This document shows positions 42,792 through 49,554 of a stretch of 49,554 nt of DNA, one piece after another. Under the pieces are notes generated by a model. It saw nothing but the letters and a program-made list of their open reading frames with translations. It was not told where the DNA came from and ran no database searches. This DNA is from a virus (lineage: Duplodnaviria; Caudoviricetes). Made by a program: the position numbers and the translations under genes. Within the stretch, counting starts at the first letter, position 1. Each line of letters starts with the position of its first letter. The stretch lies in the IMG/VR virus record IMGVR_UViG_3300035002_000027, positions 1-49,554 of that record. One strand, 5' to 3'.

Positions 42792-43012
42792 GGCAGGTGC
42801 AGGCGAAGGAGGTAGATGAGCAGGAGCAGGGCAGCAAGCGGCACGATGGCCAGCAGCGCCGTGCAGACGTGGCGCTGCTCGGGGCTGGTGTCGAGCTCGT
42901 CGTTGAGTACTCGCCAGAGGGCGACGGCGTAGCGGGCCACGACGGGGGAAGCCAGCAGGACGGCTTTGCGGGCCGTGCGGGCGGTTTCGGAGTTGCGGTA
43001 GAGGCGGTTCAT
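42782..43012 (-). CDS. Small membrane protein
   Basis: C-terminal hydrophobic helix (ALLAIVPLAALLLLIYLL). Confidence 0.6.
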   Translation of the reverse strand: MNRLYRNSETARTARKAVLLASPVVARYAVALWRVLNDELDTSPEQRHVCTALLAIVPLAALLLLIYLLRLHLPCA

Positions 43013-43347
43013 CAGTGAAAAGGGTATTCGCTTTTCAGGATTTCGTACGCCTCCACCTTCTGAGCGATACTGAGTTGGTCAAGGAATTCAGTTAGCTCCG
43101 GTATTTCCCCATATTCGTTGTCCAGCGTCTTGTAAAGCGACCAGCGGTCGGGTTCGCGGCTCCTCAGGCCTTCGATGATGTCGGCCACACTCAGAGCGTC
43201 CGTAATGTCATCGGCATTGAGTTCCTTGCGCAACTCCTTCAGGTGGCTGGCGATGTCGCCGGGCGTGGGTTCGATGAGCGTGACGACGACGCGGCCCATT
43301 TGGTCGGCGGAGAGTTCGACGCGTTCGCAGGTTACGATGACGTTCAT
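43012..43347 (-). CDS. Hypothetical protein (111 aa)
   Basis: ATG start, 1-nt overlap with the next gene. Confidence 0.65.
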   Translation of the reverse strand: MNVIVTCERVELSADQMGRVVVTLIEPTPGDIASHLKELRKELNADDITDALSVADIIEGLRSREPDRWSLYKTLDNEYGEIPELTEFLDQLSIAQKVEAYEILKSEYPFH

Positions 43348-43362
43348 GGGTGGAGACAGGGG

Positions 43363-44529
43363 TTAGTTTTCGACGGAAATCGACGGCAGTTCGGTTTTGG
43401 CCCAGTTGGGCAGGTCGAGGGAAATCAGACCCATGTGGCCTTCTTCGGCGAAGGCGTCGAAGCCGGGGTACTTGCCCGACTCGATGCAGTCGGCGGCGGC
43501 TTGCAGGGCGGCGCGGTAGCGGTAATGGCCCGCAGCCAACGACTCGGCATCCCACCAGAATGCCATCGGCAGGAACGGGGCGCAGGTTTGCAGGGCGATG
43601 GTGATGACGCCCGAAAACCGCCGCCCCGTGACGTGGCTGGCGACGTCGAGGTACATGGCCTCGGAGAGGTCGTAGCGGTAGCGGGCGCAGTCGCGCACGA
43701 ACTGCTCAACGCTGTCGGCGGAGGTGGTTTTGAGGCTGATGATGACGTTGTGGCCGCAGTTCTCCTCCAGTTGGAAGGCATCGGGCCGAACCTTCACCTT
43801 CAGGCCCGTTTGGGGGTCGGTGCCGTAGAACGAGGTTTCGTAGCAGGCTCCTTTCAAGAGCTTCGGCAGCAGCCCGCCGCCGTAGGTGCGGTAGTGGCGT
43901 TTGACGAGCTGGATGATGCGGTAATGGCGCTCGTCGACGGCGGTGAGACCACTGTACCGCTCCAGGGCGGCGAGGTACCGCTTTTTGCCGTCGGCCTTCT
44001 CGAGGCTAAGGCCGCCGCGTTTGACGTGCGAGCGGGCGCGGCTGATGATGCTGCGCCCGGTGCCCTGCTGCTGGATGCGGGCCTGTTTTTCCCAGAACTT
44101 CACGAGTTTGTTGAGGCCCTCGGTGGTGGAGCGGCTGGCCTGGGGTTCGACTACGCAGAGGTCGAAGCGCTGAGGCTCCAGAAACGCCATGTGGCAGAAG
44201 GTGCCCAGCTCGAAAGCCGAGGAGGTTTTGCGGGCTACCGGCTCGTGCTGCACGCAGTAGAAGTGCAGGGGCGTTTTCAGGATTTCCTTCAGCGTGGAGG
44301 AGCCGAGGGCTTTTTCGCTGAGGTAGTCGTCGAAGCTGTCGTGACGGACGAGTCCCTCGACGCAGAGGTTGGCGGGGTTGATGTCGAGGGGCTGGCGTTT
44401 GGCGGCCAGGCCGATGACGAAATCCTGCAAATCGGTGTAGCGCCCTGAATGCGCGAACGCTAATGGATTGAGGTCATTGCCCGATGGTTTGGCCGTGGCG
44501 AGTTGGGCCAGGAGGTCGTTCAAATCCAT
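43363..44529 (-). CDS. RecE/exonuclease VIII-like PD-(D/E)XK protein (DUF3799-like)
   Basis: LGSSTLK, GTFCHMAFLEP, KVRPD, SLKTT, YRYDLSEAMY; ATG 44529. Confidence 0.85.
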   Translation of the reverse strand: MDLNDLLAQLATAKPSGNDLNPLAFAHSGRYTDLQDFVIGLAAKRQPLDINPANLCVEGLVRHDSFDDYLSEKALGSSTLKEILKTPLHFYCVQHEPVARKTSSAFELGTFCHMAFLEPQRFDLCVVEPQASRSTTEGLNKLVKFWEKQARIQQQGTGRSIISRARSHVKRGGLSLEKADGKKRYLAALERYSGLTAVDERHYRIIQLVKRHYRTYGGGLLPKLLKGACYETSFYGTDPQTGLKVKVRPDAFQLEENCGHNVIISLKTTSADSVEQFVRDCARYRYDLSEAMYLDVASHVTGRRFSGVITIALQTCAPFLPMAFWWDAESLAAGHYRYRAALQAAADCIESGKYPGFDAFAEEGHMGLISLDLPNWAKTELPSISVEN

Positions 44530-44581
44530 GACGAGAAAGGGGGATGTGGCGGCCCGTGGCGGCGGGCCTGCCGGGAGGTTA

Positions 44582-45031
44582 CTAAGCCAGAATGAGGGCG
44601 ACGACCGACCAGGAATCGTAGAACTTGTTGCCCTGCTTCGCCTTGCGCTTGCCCTTCCAGGTGATTTCGAGGGGTGAACCTGTGGCGATGCGGCCTTGCC
44701 GCAGGCCGTCGACAATGGTGCCGACAAGTTGCCGCGAGCCATTGCGGAAGATCCGGGCGTTGCCTTTTTCGTCAGGTACGGCGAAAAACACGCATTCAAG
44801 GTCAATGGGGTCGCCAGTTTGCTGGTCGGCGGCGGTGGCGGTGTCAATCTTGAAGAAAATGCACCGAATGGACTCGCCTTCTGTGGTGGGCGAGAAATAC
44901 TCACTGACCAAATCGACAGGGAATACCTGTGCCGTCGAGAGGTCGGGCAAACGACCGCTGGTTAAATCGACGGTGGGAAAATGGGTGTCCTGGGCCGGGG
45001 AGGCGGGGACGGGAGCGATGTCAGTAGACAT
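44582..45031 (-). CDS. Putative single-stranded DNA-binding (OB-fold-like) protein
   Basis: 149 aa, beta-rich; LEITWKGKRK...FYDSWSV C-terminus; adjacent to the exonuclease. Confidence 0.5.
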   Translation of the reverse strand: MSTDIAPVPASPAQDTHFPTVDLTSGRLPDLSTAQVFPVDLVSEYFSPTTEGESIRCIFFKIDTATAADQQTGDPIDLECVFFAVPDEKGNARIFRNGSRQLVGTIVDGLRQGRIATGSPLEITWKGKRKAKQGNKFYDSWSVVALILA

Positions 45032-45047
45032 GGGAAACGGGGTTTAT

Positions 45048-45075
45048 AGTTGAAAAATTAAACGAAATTAAGAGT
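45048..45075. promoter_or_regulatory. Degenerate operator-like site, copy 4 (AGTTGAAAAAT-TAAACG-AAATTAAGAGT)
   Basis: 45051-45078 matches 2311-2338 at 23 of 28 positions by hand alignment; lies upstream of the 45031 start. Confidence 0.5.
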
Positions 45076-45092
45076 ATGAGCAGCGGCGGGCC

Positions 45093-45509
45093 TCACCCGC
45101 CGCCCCGCAGCCAGGCGTCGAGTTCCCGGTTGTGGGCTTCGATGTCGGCGTGTTCGCGGGCGACTTGCTCAAGATGGGCCTGGCGGTCGGCTTCGATGTC
45201 GCGCATGGGCAGGGCGGGCGAAAGCAGCATGTCCATCGCCAGGGCTGCGTCGTCGTCGCCCTTCACCGAAAGCAGATACTGATGGATGTTGAGCGTCACG
45301 TCGTAGCGGCCCGAAAACTCCACTTCCGGATCGGAAGCGATGATGCTCATGGTTAGGGTGAGCACCTGCCGGGCGGGGTGGTAGGCGGCGTTGAACTTTT
45401 CGCCGAGCCGGTAGTGAAAGGCATCGTTGAGGGTTTTGGCCTCAAAGGCAGCCGCCCAGAACATGGGCTGGGCCAGGGGGCTTTCGTGCCAGGGGAAAGG
45501 CTTGTTCAT
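45093..45509 (-). CDS. Hypothetical protein (138 aa)
   Basis: ATGA-coupled to the xis-like gene. Confidence 0.65.
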   Translation of the reverse strand: MNKPFPWHESPLAQPMFWAAAFEAKTLNDAFHYRLGEKFNAAYHPARQVLTLTMSIIASDPEVEFSGRYDVTLNIHQYLLSVKGDDDAALAMDMLLSPALPMRDIEADRQAHLEQVAREHADIEAHNRELDAWLRGGG

Positions 45510-45850
45510 CGGGAAACGGGTTTGGACGTGAACTCGGAAAGGAACGTTTCGAGGTCGGCGCGGCGGATGGTCACGCGCTGGCCTTGCTTGGTGAAGGGCA
45601 GCTTCAGGCGACCGCCGGGGCGCTTGGGGTGGCGGATGCCGGTGCGCATCCAGCGTTCAAGGGTGGCGACGCTGGCCCGTGCCAGCCCGGCGGCCTCGTC
45701 TTTGGTCAGGCGGTCGCCGCCCAACCGGGCTTCCAGGCGCTGCACGTCGGCCCGCACGAGGCTGACGGCCTCGCTGACGGCCTCGCGGATGTCGGCCCGG
45801 TACTGCTCGCGGGTGAGCGTGATGAGTTCGAGGGCGGGGGCGGGCGTCAT
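45506..45850 (-). CDS. Excisionase-like HTH protein
   Basis: LTKDEAAGLARASVATLERW...IRRADLETFL (HTH_17 pattern); second gene of the lytic operon. Confidence 0.75.
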   Translation of the reverse strand: MTPAPALELITLTREQYRADIREAVSEAVSLVRADVQRLEARLGGDRLTKDEAAGLARASVATLERWMRTGIRHPKRPGGRLKLPFTKQGQRVTIRRADLETFLSEFTSKPVSR

Positions 45851-46092
45851 GCTGCAACGGGCTGGGAAAGTCGCTTCTGGATGTTTTGTTGAAATTCGGC
45901 ATCCTGTTTTTCGGCCCGCTCGATGCCCGCGACGAAGGCGGTGATAGTCTCGGCCCGGCAGTTGCCACCCTTGAGCATTTTGTTGGCAACCTGCTCGGTG
46001 ATGCCGCCGAGTTCACAGGCCCGTTTGATGCCGCCCTCGATGACCGAGAGCCTCTGGCGAAGAAGTTCAAGATTGGGCTTGCTCAAATGCAT
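45847..46092 (-). CDS. Cro-like repressor
   Basis: Short HTH protein (GGIKRACELGGITEQVANKMLKG) divergent from cI; ATG 46092. Confidence 0.7.
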   Translation of the reverse strand: MHLSKPNLELLRQRLSVIEGGIKRACELGGITEQVANKMLKGGNCRAETITAFVAGIERAEKQDAEFQQNIQKRLSQPVAA

Positions 46093-46141
46093 TTTGTGGT
46101 TAGTTTTGCGTTGTTTCGACCGTTTAATAAATAAGTTAGCC

Positions 46142-46208
46142 AAAAGTAGTCCATTTGACTATGTTTGTCAAGACATTCACGACAAATATTTTTCAAAATG
46201 ACTACTTT
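46142..46208. promoter_or_regulatory. cI/cro switch region: long imperfect inverted repeat with opposed promoter boxes
   Basis: AAAAGTAGTCCATTTGACTATGTTTGTC versus the reverse complement AAAAGTAGTCATTTTGAAAAATATTTGTC; TATGTTTG (+, 46160-46167) and AATATTTG (-, 46183-46190). Confidence 0.65.
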
Positions 46209-46959
46209 TCTTTCTCCCTGCGAAATCTTGGAACCGAAAACTGTGGAGTCAATTCAAGCCATTATCGAGGCTAAGGGGCTCAAGAACAATGTTTTCGCTA
46301 AAAAAATAGGCATCAGCGCGCAGAACTTGTCCGGAATGTTGTCAGGTAGACGATCCGTGGGGGAGGCGTTGATTTATCGTATTTCTCAAGCCTTTGGCTT
46401 GAGTTACGACGCCGTGAAGTATGGAATCGGCTTAGACGACCAGTTGAAGGCGCAGTCGTTTTCCCCGGATTCCGCGAAGCGGGTGCTTGAACGTGAGATG
46501 GTGTACGAAGTCCAGAGACGGGAGAGGGCAGACGCGGGCTTGACCTGGAACGACGATGGGCACGGGGTGCCGTTCTACGATGTGGACGTGTTCGCCGGGG
46601 ATGTTGTCGCCTTTAACGACTTCAACACGCAACCGGTATCTTACCTGCAAATGCCCGGGGTAGCCGATTGCGATTTCAGTTGCCGGTTGTCGGGCAATTC
46701 GATGCAGGAGAAGATTTTACCGGGTGCGATTCTGGTTTGCCGCGAGGTTCGGGACCGTCAAATTATCGCCTTCGGAGAGATTCACTTAATCGTCACGAAG
46801 GAACAGCGGCTGGTGAAGTATTTGAGAAAGAACCGGGAGCGGCCCGGCTGGTACATTTTGAAGAGCCATAACCCCGAATACGACGACATCGACGTACCTG
46901 CTGAAGAAATTTTGAGGTTGTTTCTGGTCAAATTTGTCATTAATCAACAGCAATTGTGA
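46198..46959 (+). CDS. cI: CI-like repressor (XRE HTH + S24 peptidase)
   Basis: FAKKIGISAQNLSGML HTH; VPFYDVDVFAG cleavage site, GNSM serine and VKYL lysine motifs. Start codon uncertain. Confidence 0.92.
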   Translation: MTTFLSPCEILEPKTVESIQAIIEAKGLKNNVFAKKIGISAQNLSGMLSGRRSVGEALIYRISQAFGLSYDAVKYGIGLDDQLKAQSFSPDSAKRVLEREMVYEVQRRERADAGLTWNDDGHGVPFYDVDVFAGDVVAFNDFNTQPVSYLQMPGVADCDFSCRLSGNSMQEKILPGAILVCREVRDRQIIAFGEIHLIVTKEQRLVKYLRKNRERPGWYILKSHNPEYDDIDVPAEEILRLFLVKFVINQQQL

Positions 46960-47637
46960 ATGAAACGGCTTCTTTTTTTGGCCATAATCGTATTGCATTT
47001 TGGTTGTAGCTCGTCTTCGACACAACAAAATCAGAATGTAGACGACCTGCTTAATCCGCATGATGACCCGACGGAAAAGGCGTACTACTCTGCGGTACAC
47101 TATGACAACTTTTTCAGCGACGCGCTTGATATGCCCAAGTTGAAGAAAAAGAAACGAGCGATTCAAGCTCAAAAAGACGCTTTCGATATGATTAACAATG
47201 ATTATGATTCTTTAAAAGGCATGTATATTCTCTACAAACGTGCCGACGACGCGAAGCGCATTTCGGAAAAGGCCAAACTGTACCAGTCATGGGAAAATGG
47301 CGCAAAGAGCTTTATCGCTCAAAATAGAATGGAAGCAGCTTTTGAGCGGTACGACGAAGAATTTCAAGCCAGACTAAGTGCCAATAGTAGTTCGCGGAAA
47401 CCTAGTGAAGAGCAGTTGCAAATCGACATTCGAGCGATAATGGAGGCGTCGGGTATTCCTTGTTTGAGTGTGGTTAAGGCCGAAAGTGGATGTTTGTGGG
47501 TATATACCACCGACATCGGAAGGAACCGAGACGGGCTGGCGAAAACCCTGTGCTACACGGCAGGCAAGTATTCAATTAACTGCGTAAGTGTCTTTGATGC
47601 TGACCAAAATGTACTTGGGCGGTCGATGTGCCGCTAA
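46960..47637 (+). CDS. Lipoprotein (lysogen-expressed moron, possible superinfection exclusion)
   Basis: MKRLLFLAIIVLHFG|CSSS lipoprotein signal; AT-rich; directly after cI. Confidence 0.75.
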   Translation: MKRLLFLAIIVLHFGCSSSSTQQNQNVDDLLNPHDDPTEKAYYSAVHYDNFFSDALDMPKLKKKKRAIQAQKDAFDMINNDYDSLKGMYILYKRADDAKRISEKAKLYQSWENGAKSFIAQNRMEAAFERYDEEFQARLSANSSSRKPSEEQLQIDIRAIMEASGIPCLSVVKAESGCLWVYTTDIGRNRDGLAKTLCYTAGKYSINCVSVFDADQNVLGRSMCR

Positions 47638-47644
47638 TTCTAAA

Positions 47645-47854
47645 ATGAAACCCCACTACCTTACCCTCCTCCTTCTGGCCGCCTGCCAGTCAGCCGACCG
47701 ACCCGCCCCCACGGTCGAAATCTGGGGTGACACCGCGCAAGGCTTCACGGCCCGCGCCGATTACCCCGATGGTCAAACCCTCTGGCGCTGGACCGACGAT
47801 GCGGCCGACACGGTGGCCATGCGGCGCACCCTGACCGCCTACCGCCCCGATTGA
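47645..47854 (+). CDS. Small lipoprotein
   Basis: MKPHYLTLLLLAA|C lipobox; ATG 47645. Confidence 0.65.
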   Translation: MKPHYLTLLLLAACQSADRPAPTVEIWGDTAQGFTARADYPDGQTLWRWTDDAADTVAMRRTLTAYRPD

Positions 47855-47871
47855 TTTTTCCCGCAACTTAA

Positions 47872-47899
47872 ACTCGAAAATTCGGTGGAAATTACAACA
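47872..47899. promoter_or_regulatory. Operator-like site, copy 5 (ACTCGAAAATT-CGGTGG-AAATTACAACA)
   Basis: Shares ACTCGAAAATTCGGTG with copy 2; overlaps the GTG start of the ArsR-like gene. Confidence 0.65.
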
Positions 47900-48283
47900 A
47901 CAACCTTCGACCTCGAATACCGCATCTTCCGCCTGCTGGGCCGGGGGTCGGACCCGACCATGCTACGCCTCGTGTGCCTGATGGCCGAGGTAGGAGGGGT
48001 AAGCCCCAGCGACTTCTCGGAGCGGGTGGGGATGACGGTGTCGAGCCTGGCGTTCTATTTCAAAACCCTGCGCGAGATGGAGTTGGTCCGGGCGGAAAAA
48101 ACGGGCGTCATCAACGGGCGCATCTACTACCTCGACGGGCCGGGGGCGGCGGTGCTCCGCGAGAAAATCCGCACGACCTGCCAGACTCAGCCCGTGCGGG
48201 ATGACGTGGCCTGGTTTCGGGCCAAACAAGCCGCTGGTGAGTTGATGGCCGACCCGGATAAGCACCTGACGAACCTGCCATGA
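47885..48283 (+). CDS. ArsR/SmtB-like winged-HTH regulator
   Basis: FRLLG..SDPTMLRLVCLM...SPSDFSERVGMTVSSLAFYFKTLREMELV...IYYL; ATGA-coupled to the integrase. Confidence 0.8.
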   Translation: MEITTTTFDLEYRIFRLLGRGSDPTMLRLVCLMAEVGGVSPSDFSERVGMTVSSLAFYFKTLREMELVRAEKTGVINGRIYYLDGPGAAVLREKIRTTCQTQPVRDDVAWFRAKQAAGELMADPDKHLTNLP

Positions 48284-49554
48284 CAATAAAACGCTGGATG
48301 GACAAGGCCGATGCCGACCGGCAGGGCAACGCCCCGGTGATGCTCACCGTGAGCTACCACGGCGAGCGGTTCCGCATCTCGACCGAGGAGAAATGCCACG
48401 TCTCGAACTGGAAAACGCCCAAAAAGGGCCTGCCCTACGTCGGGACCGGGGAGCCGCTTTCGGACGGGGTGAACGAAAACATCGAAAAACTGGAACTGGC
48501 CGTCAAAGCCGCCTGGCGGGAAATCGGCGATGGGTTCGTGCGCGGGGAGGAAAAAGCATTCAAGGCCCGGTTCAAGGAACTTTCCCAGCGCAAACGATGG
48601 CCCGCCCGGTACGCCGAGAAACCCGCCGTGCCGACGTTTGCGGAGTTCGTGAAAAAATACCAGGAGGAGCACAAAACCCGGGTGTCGCAGAGCTGGCTGA
48701 GGCAGTATAATAGCTTTCGGGACCAGTGGCTAAAGTTCAAGCCGGACGTGACGTGGAGCGATTTCACGATGCCGACCTTCAATCAGTGGATTAACTTTCT
48801 GGCCGGGGAATGCGACCTCATCGACTCGACGATTGAAAGCAAGGTGAAAAAGGTGCGGGTGCTGATGGACTACGCCGAGATCTGCGGGGTGCCCGTACCG
48901 AAGGATTACCGACTGCTTGAATTCAACGTTCCGCCGTCGGCGCGGCCCTGGCTAAGTTGGGAGGAGGTCATGCACCTGAACGGGTTTAAGTTCAAATCCG
49001 AGCAGATGGACCTGACGGCGGGGCGCTTCCTGATGGCCTGTTTCACGGGCTACCGGTTTTCGGACCTGGTGAAGCTCGACGGGGCGCTGGAGCAGCGGCA
49101 GGGGTTTCGCGTGTTCAACCTGTTCCAACGCAAAACGGGCGAGGCGGCCACGGTGGCCATGAACGACTACGCCGAGGAGGTTTGGGAGCGCTACGGCGGG
49201 ATGCTCTTCGAGGGGTTCGCCAAAGTGCAGCGCCACGACTTCAGCGCCGACATCAAGAAAGTAGCACAGGCGGCGGGCCTTGATGCGCCGTTTCGGATGG
49301 TCGAGCACCGGGCGGGGGTGGCCCACGAGGAACTATTGCCCAAGTGGCAGGTACTCAGCCCCCACGCCGGGCGGCACACGTTTGCGGTGAACTCGATTGA
49401 AAAAGGGATGCCGCTGGAGGTGTTGAAGGACATCCTCGGCCACAAGTCGATTTCCTCAACCGAGGTGTATGCCCGCATCGTGGAGTCGTTCAAGCATCAG
49501 ACGATGCGGACGGTGTGGAAGAAACCAGTCCCGGTTCAGAAGGTGGCGGGATAG
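48280..49554 (+). CDS. int: Tyrosine integrase (Bacteroidota type, arm-binding + SAM-like + catalytic domains)
   Basis: Catalytic R (TGYRFSD), K (QRKTG), HAGRHTFA, LGH, Y (TEVYA); N-terminal GNAPVMLTVSYHGER arm-binding pattern. Confidence 0.95.
   Translation: MTIKRWMDKADADRQGNAPVMLTVSYHGERFRISTEEKCHVSNWKTPKKGLPYVGTGEPLSDGVNENIEKLELAVKAAWREIGDGFVRGEEKAFKARFKELSQRKRWPARYAEKPAVPTFAEFVKKYQEEHKTRVSQSWLRQYNSFRDQWLKFKPDVTWSDFTMPTFNQWINFLAGECDLIDSTIESKVKKVRVLMDYAEICGVPVPKDYRLLEFNVPPSARPWLSWEEVMHLNGFKFKSEQMDLTAGRFLMACFTGYRFSDLVKLDGALEQRQGFRVFNLFQRKTGEAATVAMNDYAEEVWERYGGMLFEGFAKVQRHDFSADIKKVAQAAGLDAPFRMVEHRAGVAHEELLPKWQVLSPHAGRHTFAVNSIEKGMPLEVLKDILGHKSISSTEVYARIVESFKHQTMRTVWKKPVPVQKVAG

Larger units (their letters stand above)
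1..49554. mobile_element. Temperate tailed phage / prophage, near-complete genome, probable Bacteroidota host
   Basis: Terminase, portal, capsid, tape measure, lysis, replication, cI/cro switch and integrase modules are all present and no host housekeeping gene is seen. att sites are not visible because the window stops at the integrase stop codon. Confidence 0.95.

Noticed and set aside
44530-44904. N-terminal extension of the exonuclease ORF
   Set aside because: Overlaps the SSB-like gene in another frame and is low-complexity; the real start is likely 44529.
1-49554. tRNA/rRNA genes, att sites, stop-codon recoding
   Set aside because: No cloverleaf or rRNA-like segment noticed by eye; no terminal direct repeat visible within the window; genes are intact under the standard code.

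Overview
The whole window reads as one near-complete temperate tailed phage or prophage (siphovirus-like, GC-rich). The host is most likely Bacteroidota, judging from a Bacteroidota-type tyrosine integrase, TAnnTTTG promoter boxes, AT-rich leaders without Shine-Dalgarno motifs and signal peptides followed by Gln. The + strand from 450 to 29831 carries packaging, tail, head, two secreted proteins and lysis genes, in an unusual order: terminase, connectors, tail, portal, scaffold, capsid. The - strand from 29947 to 46092 carries early and replication genes: cytosine MTase, DnaC-like loader, an initiator with internal iterons, GIY-YIG, a helicase-MTase fusion, an exonuclease, xis and cro. The + strand from 46198 to 49554 carries cI, two lipoproteins, an ArsR-type HTH and the integrase. 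The most notable unexplained signals are: (1) a 28-34 bp palindrome in five copies at gene or module junctions, one overlapping the start of the ArsR-like gene; (2) a kissing-loop/antisense-like RNA leader upstream of the GIY-YIG/replication genes; (3) two signal-peptide proteins between capsid and holin; (4) a T10 slippery site in the tail chaperone with two long open frames; (5) seven helically phased palindromic iterons; (6) similar structured leaders on the two major virion genes; (7) a DUF1541/YdhK-like moron. All product calls come from motif recognition by eye; no database searches were run.
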